Shown piece by piece: positions 18,868 to 27,999 of a stretch of DNA of 64,000 bases. The notes under the pieces are model-generated. The model did no database searches. It was not told the DNA's origin and saw nothing but the letters and a program-made list of their open reading frames with translations. How positions within the stretch are numbered: position 1 is the stretch's first letter; each line of letters starts with the position of its first letter. The translations under genes and the position numbers were made by a program. The stretch lies in the IMG/VR virus record IMGVR_UViG_3300044878_000087, positions 66,432 to 130,431 of that record; one strand, given 5' to 3'. This DNA is from a virus (taxonomy: Duplodnaviria > Heunggongvirae > Uroviricota > Caudoviricetes).

Positions 18868-19221
18868 TTAGTTTACCTTACCCCACAATGCAGCAATCTT
18901 TTTCTTGTACATCGCAGTCAAGCCCAACGCGATAACCCGGTGGGTGTCTTGCTCTGCTAACAAGTACGGATTATCGATCCACAACTGGCAGAGCTCTTTA
19001 GGGTCTTCTTTGTAGTGTGGTGATGCTGGTAACCCCAGGTGTAGATTCTCACCCACTTTGAAGTGTATCGTACGGTTACCCTCTTCATCAAGGTTCCAGG
19101 TAATCCGAAAGCCTTCGAAACGGGTAGGCAAGCGACCGGTATGGTGATAGATAAACTCACCAATTTCGTTCACTGTAAATTTTGTGTCTTCCAGTGGTAC
19201 ATTAATGCCCATGCCTTCCAT
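18868..19221 (-). CDS. hypothetical protein
   Basis: 117-aa ORF. Confidence 0.65.
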   Translation of the reverse strand: MEGMGINVPLEDTKFTVNEIGEFIYHHTGRLPTRFEGFRITWNLDEEGNRTIHFKVGENLHLGLPASPHYKEDPKELCQLWIDNPYLLAEQDTHRVIALGLTAMYKKKIAALWGKVN

Positions 19222-19343
19222 TACTTACGTCCCTTACGTTTCTTTGGCTGATGTGATTCTAAAGCACGCATGATAGTTGCGGCCATATCTTGTTTCTTTT
19301 CTAAAGCGATCTGGGCTTTAGACTTCCGCCGGTGTGGTAGCAT
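19221..19343 (-). CDS. 40-aa highly basic peptide
   Basis: Hand-translated MLPHRRKSKAQIALEKKQDMAATIMRALESHQPKKRKGRK; its TAA overlaps the next ATG. Confidence 0.5.
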   Translation of the reverse strand: MLPHRRKSKAQIALEKKQDMAATIMRALESHQPKKRKGRK

Positions 19344-19692
19344 GCATGGTGGAATCATTATCAAGTTGCATTTCCTCGTATAGATGTTTCAGGCCCATCT
19401 TGACATCGGACTTAGCCAGGTGGTGGAGATCATCTGGACCAAAGCGTTGGTCGATCCAGTCCCAGTCTTGGCGGATGGATTGTCTTGCCACTTCGGAGTA
19501 GAGTGCGAATTGTTCTTCCCCGATTCTGAATATCGCACAACGAGTTGCAATGTCGTTAATGCACCAGATCAACTTAGGTGCAGCATCAACAATTGTCTTT
19601 TGCAGTTTATGTTCCAAGACTTGTTTGAGCTGGGCGTAAGTGAATTTGGCATCGAACAGTTCTACTTCAATTACATGTTCACGCAGCAGCAT
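19318..19692 (-). CDS. hypothetical protein
   Basis: 124-aa ORF. Confidence 0.65.
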   Translation of the reverse strand: MLLREHVIEVELFDAKFTYAQLKQVLEHKLQKTIVDAAPKLIWCINDIATRCAIFRIGEEQFALYSEVARQSIRQDWDWIDQRFGPDDLHHLAKSDVKMGLKHLYEEMQLDNDSTMHATTPAEV

Positions 19693-19711
19693 TTGATAAC
19701 TCCGGCATAAA

Positions 19712-19729
19712 GCCTACCCGAAGGTAGGC
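19712..19729 (-). terminator. UUCG terminator with TTTATGCCG tail
   Basis: GCCTACC TTCG GGTAGGC TTTATGCCGG; same hairpin at 31138. Confidence 0.8.
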
Positions 19730-19734
19730 CAATG

Positions 19735-20151
19735 TTATTCCCATGTCTGGGCTGAGGGCGTCTCATTAACAGCAGAGATCGCTTCCAGGATACGTCTACG
19801 GCGACGATCATCCAGGTCTTGGAATACCAGACCCAGTGTCTTGCCTTCAGATGAAACAACTGTTCCAGGACGAATCCATGGCACGCCGATAAACGTAGAC
19901 TCACCACCTGCGAAGGTAACGTAAGCGTAGTTGTATTGACGTGGATCATTCGGTACTGATACACCAGCGGCGGTCAATACCGGGTAAACGTTTTGGTGTG
20001 CAGAATCCAGATCGAATCCCAGCTTACGTGCTACGGCTGGTGTCACGACCCCTTCTAAAGTTACGTCTTTGAATTCATTGGCGAGATAAGCAGTAGGGTA
20101 AACTTCGAAGCTTACCCGAGTGCCTTCTGCAATGTCAGTAATTTGTGCCAT
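19735..20151 (-). CDS. conserved small beta-rich protein
   Basis: 138-aa ORF in the block upstream of the DNA polymerase. Confidence 0.75.
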   Translation of the reverse strand: MAQITDIAEGTRVSFEVYPTAYLANEFKDVTLEGVVTPAVARKLGFDLDSAHQNVYPVLTAAGVSVPNDPRQYNYAYVTFAGGESTFIGVPWIRPGTVVSSEGKTLGLVFQDLDDRRRRRILEAISAVNETPSAQTWE

Positions 20152-20161
20152 TGGTAAAGCC

Positions 20162-20539
20162 CTATGATTGTTTTCTCATAGGTTTGTTCTGTATTACGAA
20201 ACCAACTGTTCCGGCCAGGTTCATCGGGATGATCGCAATGACATCGTACTGAGGGAACATCGCATTGAACTCTTGATAGATCGCGAACGTATCTAACATA
20301 TCCTGATCGAGTTCTTCCTCAGGGGACTCTAGAATAGTCTCCATGAACAGTTCATCACAGAAGAGATCCATTACCAGCTTTTGGAACTTATTCACCAGTG
20401 CCCTGCGGAGAGGCACGTCACCTTCAACCCAGGAATCTTTCTCTGGGTCGAGCATCGACTCCTCTAGGAATCGCGAAGCAAATTTCATGCCCGCCTTAGA
20501 TTCTAGCACGGAGTAAGTCAGTTGTGGTTCTTGTTTCAT
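20162..20539 (-). CDS. hypothetical acidic protein
   Basis: 125-aa ORF, coupled. Confidence 0.7.
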   Translation of the reverse strand: MKQEPQLTYSVLESKAGMKFASRFLEESMLDPEKDSWVEGDVPLRRALVNKFQKLVMDLFCDELFMETILESPEEELDQDMLDTFAIYQEFNAMFPQYDVIAIIPMNLAGTVGFVIQNKPMRKQS

Positions 20540-20889
20540 TGTGGGTCCTTGAAGACGAATGCCACCTCCTTTCTATGCTCGGGAGTGTGGATCAATTCTG
20601 TCGGCTTGTAATATTGGAAGTGATTGGAGACATTGACGTAGTAGCAAAAGCATTGTTCGGTGATATACCGAATTAGCTCATTAGACATATTGTAGAGATG
20701 CCACTTCAGGTAATGCTCCATCGCATAATCAATCTCATCAAAGATCGATCTATACTTATCATCACCATTCACCAGATTTTCTATCGCGATTGCGATGATC
20801 CAATGGCTTATTCCAATTGCCTCACGCGGATGGCCAGGAATGCAGATGCTTCCAAACATACCGACGTCGTATGTGTGGAGGCTATACAT
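20536..20889 (-). CDS. hypothetical protein
   Basis: 117-aa ORF, coupled at both ends. Confidence 0.7.
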   Translation of the reverse strand: MYSLHTYDVGMFGSICIPGHPREAIGISHWIIAIAIENLVNGDDKYRSIFDEIDYAMEHYLKWHLYNMSNELIRYITEQCFCYYVNVSNHFQYYKPTELIHTPEHRKEVAFVFKDPQ

Positions 20890-21413
20890 TACAGCCCCTC
20901 GCTAGATTCCGCATCAACTTCGTCGTACGTAATACCCGATAGTACATACATCCCCGTTTTGTTGTCGTCCACTCGGAACATCTGGATTTGTTCAACGTCT
21001 TGGTGATGTGCATTGAGATCACGAATGCCTGGCAACAATTGACGTCCTAGTTCAGCACAGGCAATTGCCCATTGGGTGTTCAGGAACATCATCAACCGCT
21101 TATCGGGATACGGGTTCTCTTCGGTGACTGGTGGGTTCAGGATGTGTGCCACCGCTTTGAATCGATCATCCAGATAGAACTCGAATGACAGGTTCGCTGG
21201 CGTGAGCGGCTTGGGTAACATGAATGCCAGATATTCATTCAGGCATTCGTAGATGATCGTACGGACGGAATCTTCTTCTTGCGGATACGGTGTATTGAGT
21301 GAAGTGCCCTCAATCACATTGACCATCTTGTCAATCGGTACACGGACAGTGGCGAACGAAACCATTACAGCTACGTTATCCCCCACTGGATTTTGCATTG
21401 GGTAGTTCATCAT
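20889..21413 (-). CDS. hypothetical protein
   Basis: 174-aa ORF, coupled. Confidence 0.7.
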   Translation of the reverse strand: MMNYPMQNPVGDNVAVMVSFATVRVPIDKMVNVIEGTSLNTPYPQEEDSVRTIIYECLNEYLAFMLPKPLTPANLSFEFYLDDRFKAVAHILNPPVTEENPYPDKRLMMFLNTQWAIACAELGRQLLPGIRDLNAHHQDVEQIQMFRVDDNKTGMYVLSGITYDEVDAESSEGL

Positions 21414-21898
21414 GCGGCACCTGTTGGATTTTTCATACTCTGTTTAGCACTGAGTACTTTCTTGCTGGGGCGGATGAACTGGTCGATAGTCAATGACGTC
21501 ACAGCTTCCGGCATCCCTAGATCCTTTTCTACTGGGTTGAATGTGATCAGCATGTACATGTATTGGCCATGCATATTAACAGGGAAGATCTCAGTAACAG
21601 TTCTAGGGAGTTTGCCCCACAGGGCTATTGCTAACGTCAGGAACTCCCGTTCGTACTTTAAAGCCTGCTGGTTATACTTCATCAGGCTCGGTACGTAATG
21701 CATCTCCAGCACATCACCCGTGGTTTGGAAATGGGTATTAGCTTCTAACACCCACGTGATCACGGAGTCCATGAAACCACCTGGACCTATTTCGTTGTGA
21801 TCTGATTTACCGAATACACGGGCGTGTAGCTTCCTGAGCTTTTCATAGCCGGGGAACCAGGACTGTTTATCGAATCGGTAGATAGTTGTATATTGCAC
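21410..21898 (-). CDS. hypothetical protein
   Basis: 162-aa ORF with GTG start. Confidence 0.65.
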   Translation of the reverse strand: MQYTTIYRFDKQSWFPGYEKLRKLHARVFGKSDHNEIGPGGFMDSVITWVLEANTHFQTTGDVLEMHYVPSLMKYNQQALKYEREFLTLAIALWGKLPRTVTEIFPVNMHGQYMYMLITFNPVEKDLGMPEAVTSLTIDQFIRPSKKVLSAKQSMKNPTGAA

Positions 21899-22290
21899 AA
21901 GAGTGGCTCCGAGGTTTCACGGTAGATCACATTCACCCAATCTGCATCTTCAAATGCATCAACGAGTCTTAGATCTGTACCGATGATGAGTGGCGAACAC
22001 TTTAGGCAGATCTCTCTGATGTATTGTGTCACCGTTTCATAGAACGCAGTTTCATCTGGATCTATTCCCATGTAGCCTAAGCTCATGTGGATCATCTCTC
22101 GGAACTCAACTATGTTGTGCACATTGCGTTGGACGATTGCATTACCGATCAGATCCGTTAGCCTATCCCGATTGTCATTAAGCTCCATCATTACATCTAG
22201 ATATTGCGGTGTGTTGTAACCATAAAACTCCCCGAATGGGAACATGGCGACAGCATTGGTAAATGGTACTACATACTGCTGCATAGCCAC
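21787..22290 (-). CDS. hypothetical protein
   Basis: 167-aa ORF; SD GAGGTG; 3' end overlaps the next gene. Confidence 0.65.
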   Translation of the reverse strand: MAMQQYVVPFTNAVAMFPFGEFYGYNTPQYLDVMMELNDNRDRLTDLIGNAIVQRNVHNIVEFREMIHMSLGYMGIDPDETAFYETVTQYIREICLKCSPLIIGTDLRLVDAFEDADWVNVIYRETSEPLLCNIQLSTDSINSPGSPAMKSSGSYTPVYSVNQITTK

Positions 22291-22303
22291 CTCACGGCAT
22301 AAA

Positions 22304-22318
22304 GCCCCGAAGTGGGGC
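22304..22318 (-). terminator. UUCG terminator with TTTATGCCG tail
   Basis: GCCCCAC TTCG GGGC TTTATGCCG (bulged stem). Confidence 0.6.
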
Positions 22319-22319
22319 C

Positions 22320-23246
22320 TTATAGGTTTTCGAGCATGTACTTCTCAGCACGGACACGATCTGGTTCTGGCAGGTAATCGCCACGCATCAATTGCTTAGC
22401 GAGTTCTGCATCGGAATCGACTTCAACCTTTTCTTCTTTATCACGGCACACCACTACGGACATGCTGGACTCGATGAAATTACATTCCTGCTTAGCACCA
22501 TCACAGATGTATTGGCCGAATGCCGCGATGTTAAAGGTCTCGAACACTTTACGCAGATAGTCATCCAACCACTTGGTCAGATCTGGAATGCCGTAAGCGG
22601 CAGCCATGTCGTAATCGATGTTCTCTTGACGCTTGTCCATACGTACGAGTTGTGGATACATGTCCATTACAGCTTTGACAATCATTGCCCACAACTGAGA
22701 ATTAGGATAAGGCCCAAAGTTCTTCTCGAACTCTTTAGCGAACTCTTCGAATACGCGAGACAGGTCTAGCGTGATGTATTGATCTTCTTGTGCGTCTTCC
22801 AACATTTCCCAATGGAGGATTCGGCGATCACCGATTTCTACCAAGCAGATCATCGTACCCGTGTTGATAACTTCCCACGCTGTGTAGGACGTGTATTTCT
22901 CATGGGCACAGATCTGATGGTTCAGGTCAGCGTGTACTGTTTCGAGTAGTTCGTGTTTGAAGATCCGTTCAATGAACTTCACTTGTCGATGCAGGATCTG
23001 GCCCGGAGTTGTACCGAACAGGATAGATGCACGCACCACATCCCAATCCGTACCGTTAACCCGAATGCCTTTGTCTTTCTGTTCCATTATCTCAGCGACA
23101 ATGGATTGCACCATGTTCAAAGCCATCGCTTTGGTCGGTTGGACAATGCCAACCAAAGGTTGTTGTTGATGAATATGTGACAGGTAATCCAGGATAGTGT
23201 TGACTTGATGTCTCACATCCAACATTACTAACTTCTTGTCCGACAT
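22320..23246 (-). CDS. conserved hypothetical protein
   Basis: Start moved to MSDKKLV at 23246 (SD GGAG). Confidence 0.75.
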   Translation of the reverse strand: MSDKKLVMLDVRHQVNTILDYLSHIHQQQPLVGIVQPTKAMALNMVQSIVAEIMEQKDKGIRVNGTDWDVVRASILFGTTPGQILHRQVKFIERIFKHELLETVHADLNHQICAHEKYTSYTAWEVINTGTMICLVEIGDRRILHWEMLEDAQEDQYITLDLSRVFEEFAKEFEKNFGPYPNSQLWAMIVKAVMDMYPQLVRMDKRQENIDYDMAAAYGIPDLTKWLDDYLRKVFETFNIAAFGQYICDGAKQECNFIESSMSVVVCRDKEEKVEVDSDAELAKQLMRGDYLPEPDRVRAEKYMLENL

Positions 23247-23257
23247 GGTGTCTCCGA

Positions 23258-23644
23258 TTAATTGGTTTGTGCGTACAGATAGATCACTCCGCCTACTCGT
23301 GCGTAATTGACCATCGACCCAGCGTAATGATAAGCCAGCGGCCTCAACATTTGCCACAGTTCTTTCCGGGCATTTTGATTCAGATTGAACCAGGTGTGTT
23401 CCTGAGGGGAAACCCGCATCGGGTTGAACTCAGCCACCATTACTTCTTCGAACGAATTGATTGTGTGACAAATGAAGTCATCAACCAACGTGTCCCAATA
23501 CGGATTTGATTCCGTAATCGATACATTGCAATGGTGGTAGCGTATAGCTCGGGAGATCACTAATTGAGAACTTGGGTGTTCTCTGAGCAATCCCATGATG
23601 TGGGTAATGTCCCAACAATGAACATTGCCTTCCTTACCGTACAT
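23258..23644 (-). CDS. hypothetical protein
   Basis: 128-aa ORF downstream of an early-type promoter. Confidence 0.7.
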   Translation of the reverse strand: MYGKEGNVHCWDITHIMGLLREHPSSQLVISRAIRYHHCNVSITESNPYWDTLVDDFICHTINSFEEVMVAEFNPMRVSPQEHTWFNLNQNARKELWQMLRPLAYHYAGSMVNYARVGGVIYLYAQTN

Positions 23645-23676
23645 TACTGTACCCCTTCTATATTACACTAAATCGA

Positions 23677-23697
23677 TAATATAGATTTGAAATTTCA
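23677..23697 (-). promoter_or_regulatory. early-type promoter motif
   Basis: GAAATTTCAAATCTATATTAT on the minus strand; near-identical to 31101-31120. Confidence 0.6.
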
Positions 23698-23793
23698 TGT
23701 AATCGTTTGTAAGCCCCTCTCGTATATTATACCGACCTCAGGTATTCCTTTACAGAGAAAACTTCTTAAAACAGCTTTATAGGACGTCTGAGA

Positions 23794-24606
23794 ATGAATG
23801 CCATTACTAAGGCTTTGTCAGATTTAAAATTCAAGATCCCACACCAGATTCTCAATGATGCGTTTAGAAATGCCGACATGTATCAGGCTGAGTCTACATG
23901 TGGTGCGGCTATCTCTTTAGAGACCCGTATTCGAGAAGCCGTGATTGAAGGGCGAATCATGCCCGACATCGATTTGATCGGTGGCACCAAAACTTACATT
24001 CCACTGGACTTCCCAGTGAAGCAGGAATACGTCGATCCGTACACGATCGTTTATTACATTCCTGATGAGTACACCCAGCAGCGTCCTATTGTTCAGGTAT
24101 TCGATATTCACTTCGGTATCCTGGGTTATCAGAATGCTGGCTATGCAATGAACTATAACCAATCGGTTATGAGTGCTGAAACAATGAAGGTGTTGGATGC
24201 AGCTCGCCGTATTCCGGTAGCACAGACTTCCTACATCAACTTGATCAACCACAACACGGTAATGGTGCGCTATATTTACGTCCCATCCCCTTCTGCTTAT
24301 CTCTCTTGCCGTTTGGGTAATGACGACGAGCTTCTTAACATTCGACCGCAGTCTATCCCGGCGTTTAGTAAGCTGGTGGAGTTCGCGGTCAAGTCATATA
24401 TCTACAACACCACGTTCGTAGAGATGGGTGATGCACAACTGCGCTATGGTCAAGAGCTCGGTGTCTATAAAGACAAGATCTATGAATGGTCAGATGCAGA
24501 ACAGATGTATGAAGAGCAACTAAAGAAATGGCGGAAGATCTCTCGGAACTTCAACGACCCTGAGGGCAACCGTCACCATATCCGTACAATCATGGCGGCT
24601 CCATAA
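23794..24606 (+). CDS. conserved jumbo-phage protein, probably virion structural
   Basis: 270-aa plus-strand island among minus-strand genes, like the other late structural genes here. Confidence 0.7.
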   Translation: MNAITKALSDLKFKIPHQILNDAFRNADMYQAESTCGAAISLETRIREAVIEGRIMPDIDLIGGTKTYIPLDFPVKQEYVDPYTIVYYIPDEYTQQRPIVQVFDIHFGILGYQNAGYAMNYNQSVMSAETMKVLDAARRIPVAQTSYINLINHNTVMVRYIYVPSPSAYLSCRLGNDDELLNIRPQSIPAFSKLVEFAVKSYIYNTTFVEMGDAQLRYGQELGVYKDKIYEWSDAEQMYEEQLKKWRKISRNFNDPEGNRHHIRTIMAAP

Positions 24607-24643
24607 TGTCAGTAGAAACGATCTAAAAAAAAACATGGCATAA

Positions 24644-24663
24644 GGCTACCCCGAAGGGTAGCC
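24644..24663. terminator. bidirectional UUCG terminator
   Basis: GGCTACCC CGAA GGGTAGCC between convergent genes; same 20-mer at 35063 and 47709. Confidence 0.85.
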
Positions 24664-24672
24664 ATTATGTTG

Positions 24673-24930
24673 TTACAAGCTGTTGAACAACTGAGCTGCT
24701 ACGACATGATCCCAACCGTCTTTGTAATAGTCGACGTTACTGTTCGGATAGAATAAGTTGAGTCGCATGATGGGTTGGCGGTTGTCTGCCCAGACGATGA
24801 TCTGGTTATCGAAGATGGCGATTTGCATGCCATCCTTTTCCATGATCAGTCGATTGCGTTCATCTAACAAACGGCGAGCTGAACGAATCAGTTCAACCCA
24901 TGGATTGGGTGCTGGTTTATCAGGGTGCAT
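24673..24930 (-). CDS. hypothetical protein
   Basis: 85-aa ORF. Confidence 0.6.
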   Translation of the reverse strand: MHPDKPAPNPWVELIRSARRLLDERNRLIMEKDGMQIAIFDNQIIVWADNRQPIMRLNLFYPNSNVDYYKDGWDHVVAAQLFNSL

Positions 24931-25225
24931 ATTCTACCTTTTTCAAGTCTTTGTATTTTGCGTTGATCTGGCCAACGCACTTATTGATCTGGTCAGCAGA
25001 TGCTACGTTCACTACACCAACAGCTGCACGAATGCATGCACGGAGGTCATCGTCACGTTGTTGCACGATTGGATCTTTTACAACTACGTGGTGCTTAGTT
25101 TGATACTTGTGATAACTGATTGCCGCAAGGGTTACAACCATTACCAACAGGCACACTGTAGTTACCCACGACGTGAGCATGCGCAACCACAGTGGTCGTT
25201 GTTTGTCAGACATTCTGTAAAGCAC
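24920..25225 (-). CDS. single-pass membrane protein
   Basis: Hydrophobic WVTTVCLLVMVVTLAAISY near the N-terminus. Confidence 0.7.
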   Translation of the reverse strand: MLYRMSDKQRPLWLRMLTSWVTTVCLLVMVVTLAAISYHKYQTKHHVVVKDPIVQQRDDDLRACIRAAVGVVNVASADQINKCVGQINAKYKDLKKVEYAP

Positions 25226-25469
25226 CCTCGAAGAGTTGTTCTAAGTCACATGGATCGCAAGTCATGCAAACGTAACTGTTGGGGTCGTTAAATGCATACC
25301 CCTGGAGTTCTCCATCTCGACCCCACAATGCAACTGTACCACGGACAATGGTGATCATTGTACCGCAGTCGTACTTGAACATGGCTCCATCAGGATTTTG
25401 TTCAACCAGTTGCTTTACGAGGTTAGAGATATTGACTGCTTGTGTATCTTGATCCAGGCTAGCTGGCAT
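25206..25469 (-). CDS. hypothetical protein
   Basis: 87-aa ORF. Confidence 0.6.
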   Translation of the reverse strand: MPASLDQDTQAVNISNLVKQLVEQNPDGAMFKYDCGTMITIVRGTVALWGRDGELQGYAFNDPNSYVCMTCDPCDLEQLFEGALQNV

Positions 25470-25950
25470 ACTGCTTTTCCTTTGTCAAAATTGGATTACC
25501 CCAACCAGGTTTTGGTGGGCGGTGGAATAGTAATGGCTTCTTACGTAGAAACTGACACTCTTCCGTCAAGATGGTAGTGGTACGATAGGTGGGGTCACTA
25601 TCAGTTAAGAAATAGAATTGTTCTTTCAGGTCATCCACTTTGGCTGTCTGTACTGGAAAGAGTCTTCCATTCCCCATGACATACCAACGTTTGTATTGCC
25701 GCTGTCTAAGCCGTTCCTCGATCACTGGATGCGATCTGAATCGAGGAACTCGTACTCGCATCCCATTTACCGAACGCCATACCTCAACCACGTCGTAGTA
25801 AATCAATCCGTTCTGTTCTAAGACGAACACGAATCCATCTACTGCATCGGGGAATCGGGTAGCGTGTTTTAATATCATGGTAATTGGTGCTGGCACCAAA
25901 CCCAGATCAGCAGCTACCAATGTATCCAGTCGCTGCATCTGTTTTGACAT
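25459..25950 (-). CDS. hypothetical protein
   Basis: 163-aa ORF. Confidence 0.65.
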   Translation of the reverse strand: MSKQMQRLDTLVAADLGLVPAPITMILKHATRFPDAVDGFVFVLEQNGLIYYDVVEVWRSVNGMRVRVPRFRSHPVIEERLRQRQYKRWYVMGNGRLFPVQTAKVDDLKEQFYFLTDSDPTYRTTTILTEECQFLRKKPLLFHRPPKPGWGNPILTKEKQYAS

Positions 25951-25952
25951 GA

Positions 25953-26483
25953 TTACCCTCGTGGGCCTTGTACTCCAAACATCAGCAACTTGGAGTAGTC
26001 GAGTGTTGGGAACAGTTCTTCCATCTTAGTTAGTAACGCTGAGTCTTTCAGGTTACGGTCCAACAACGCTGTCCACTCCTTTTGTTCAGGAACCCATTTG
26101 AGTTCGATGTACTTGGCCAGAATTTCTCGCCCTTCAGGTGTGTTGTGCTGATCTTCCAATATCTGGCGATCACTACCACTGAGAGCTGCCAGAATATCCA
26201 AAGGTGGATACTGAACAGTTCTTGATACCGGGTATTGTTCAACTTGCAGATCGGTTGGATAAGAACAGAAGATGATTTGCGAACAGAACAGTTCCAGTTG
26301 TTCATCTCGATAATCAGACTTCAAAGCATTCGCCAATAATGCAACAATGTAGTCCGAGGTAAGACTGGTGAATTGCGATATGTCGGCGATGTGTGATCGT
26401 CTGTTAAGGATAACTGCTTTACGCAAAAAGCCTGTCACCGAAGTGAGGTTCACTAACAACTTACGTCCTGCAGAAGTATTCAT
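25953..26483 (-). CDS. hypothetical protein
   Basis: 176-aa ORF, ATGA-coupled to the phosphatase gene. Confidence 0.65.
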   Translation of the reverse strand: MNTSAGRKLLVNLTSVTGFLRKAVILNRRSHIADISQFTSLTSDYIVALLANALKSDYRDEQLELFCSQIIFCSYPTDLQVEQYPVSRTVQYPPLDILAALSGSDRQILEDQHNTPEGREILAKYIELKWVPEQKEWTALLDRNLKDSALLTKMEELFPTLDYSKLLMFGVQGPRG

Positions 26484-26938
26484 TGCTTATCCATCCGTGT
26501 TACTTGACCACCACTCATCTGGAGGTCAATGTGAGTGATTTGCAGTTGACGATAAACTTGCTTGTTTGCGCTTACAAGTTTTCCGGAGCAAGGAAAGCTA
26601 AGGTCAATAAGTCGATTACAGAATGTACCAAGGTAGGTAGCCACAGCACAAGACCGGCTAATGCCAGCATGACAATGGACGATAATATCATGGTCTGCAT
26701 AACGATGCTCGAACTGCAAGATCTTTCGAGCGTGGGTCCAGTCGAATTGTCGATAACTGGAATCGAGGTCTTCAATGGCAACTCCGTCAGGGATATCATG
26801 GCATTCAATCCTTAATACGTCAATGGGTTCAACGGCAAAAGCGGGTATGTCTTCACCGGGGTCTCCGATTGAGATCACAGCTGCTTTGCGTGTTTCACGA
26901 GTCATCCAGTCTTTGGATAACCAAGTAACTGTTTTCAT
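26480..26938 (-). CDS. cysteine-dependent (CX5R) PTP/DSP-like phosphatase
   Basis: IIVHCHAGISRS P-loop, upstream VISI..P and ECHDI acid loop; start moved to MKTVTW. Confidence 0.85.
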   Translation of the reverse strand: MKTVTWLSKDWMTRETRKAAVISIGDPGEDIPAFAVEPIDVLRIECHDIPDGVAIEDLDSSYRQFDWTHARKILQFEHRYADHDIIVHCHAGISRSCAVATYLGTFCNRLIDLSFPCSGKLVSANKQVYRQLQITHIDLQMSGGQVTRMDKQ

Positions 26939-26963
26939 CCTTACCCCAAAAGAAAAAATAAAG

Positions 26964-26981
26964 GGAGGGCCGAAGCCCTCC
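26964..26981 (-). terminator. terminator after phuZ
   Basis: GGAGGGC TTCG GCCCTCC followed by CTTTATTTTTTC. Confidence 0.8.
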
Positions 26982-26987
26982 ACATTA

Positions 26988-27935
26988 TCAGTCAGCGATG
27001 AAACCGTCTTCGGTCAGGTTATCGTCAGCAACGTTAACGATTGCTTTACGTTGGCGAAAGCCCGATTGGATTGTGTTGATCTTGACCTTCTCTTCTTCCA
27101 GGTCTTCGTAGATGGTAGCGATACCTACGGAGTTCAGGACGAAGTGCAGTTGATCAGAAGGCATCTTGGCTTCGTTGTTGGTGATACCAACAGTGCGAAC
27201 AAACGCAGCACCGAAAGGAATGTTCTTCTCGGCATCCGTGTACAGCGATGCGATCGAGATTGGTTCCAGTACAGCCGCAGCTTCGGCGCGGTTTTGCGAT
27301 ACGTGCAGTTGAACCAGTTGTGGTTGAACAGCACACACGTTTTGGTATTGCAACCAGTTGATGATGTCCTGGGTATCCAGACGACCGTTAGTTTGGTCAG
27401 TCAGTGCAACCAGAGCATCCAGCAAGAAGATAACTTCGTTGTCTGCTTCGCCTTCACCATTACTGTTCGATACCCAAGCTACGGGTACCGGTTGTTTGGT
27501 TTTCTGCGAGATCAGTTCCATGTTCTTGATGAAGTTAGTGCTGTTACGAATACGACGAGTAGTGTCGGTACCCGATACAGCAATAACAATTGTTGGCAGT
27601 TTAGCAGCCAGCAATTTAGTAACCAGTTGTACAGCGATTGCAACACCACTACCGCCGCCAGCACCCACCACGATGATGTTCACATCACCAGAAGGGAAAC
27701 GCTCCAGCATTTCGTTTACGTGCTTACGAGCGAAAGGCATCATGTAAGCCTGATCACCACCGGCACCATCAGTACCAGGAATCAGGAAGATGCGTTCCGA
27801 CGGAATTTGTTTGTCTTTCAGGTTTGCATCAGAGGAGTCCAAGAAACATACGTGCTCGCCTGTTGCCCCGTAGAGGTTACCGATGTTGAAGCCAGTACCA
27901 CCGAGGTTGTAGATGCGAGTCTTGATATTGGTCAT
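26988..27935 (-). CDS. phuZ: PhuZ phage tubulin
   Basis: LGGTGFNIG, FLDSS, GTDGAGG, tubulin signature GAGGGSG, DTQD T7-like loop, acidic tail DDNLTEDGFIAD. Confidence 0.95.
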   Translation of the reverse strand: MTNIKTRIYNLGGTGFNIGNLYGATGEHVCFLDSSDANLKDKQIPSERIFLIPGTDGAGGDQAYMMPFARKHVNEMLERFPSGDVNIIVVGAGGGSGVAIAVQLVTKLLAAKLPTIVIAVSGTDTTRRIRNSTNFIKNMELISQKTKQPVPVAWVSNSNGEGEADNEVIFLLDALVALTDQTNGRLDTQDIINWLQYQNVCAVQPQLVQLHVSQNRAEAAAVLEPISIASLYTDAEKNIPFGAAFVRTVGITNNEAKMPSDQLHFVLNSVGIATIYEDLEEEKVKINTIQSGFRQRKAIVNVADDNLTEDGFIAD

Positions 27936-27999
27936 GCTTACTACCCTTCAGAAAAATGATTTTGCGTCAGTGTTACATACTACCTAAGCAGGCAGTATT

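Noticed and set aside
26775-27959. 394-aa ORF antisense to phuZ (also 7120-8214 antisense to the RNAP gene)
   Set aside because: Shadow ORFs with no recognisable features.
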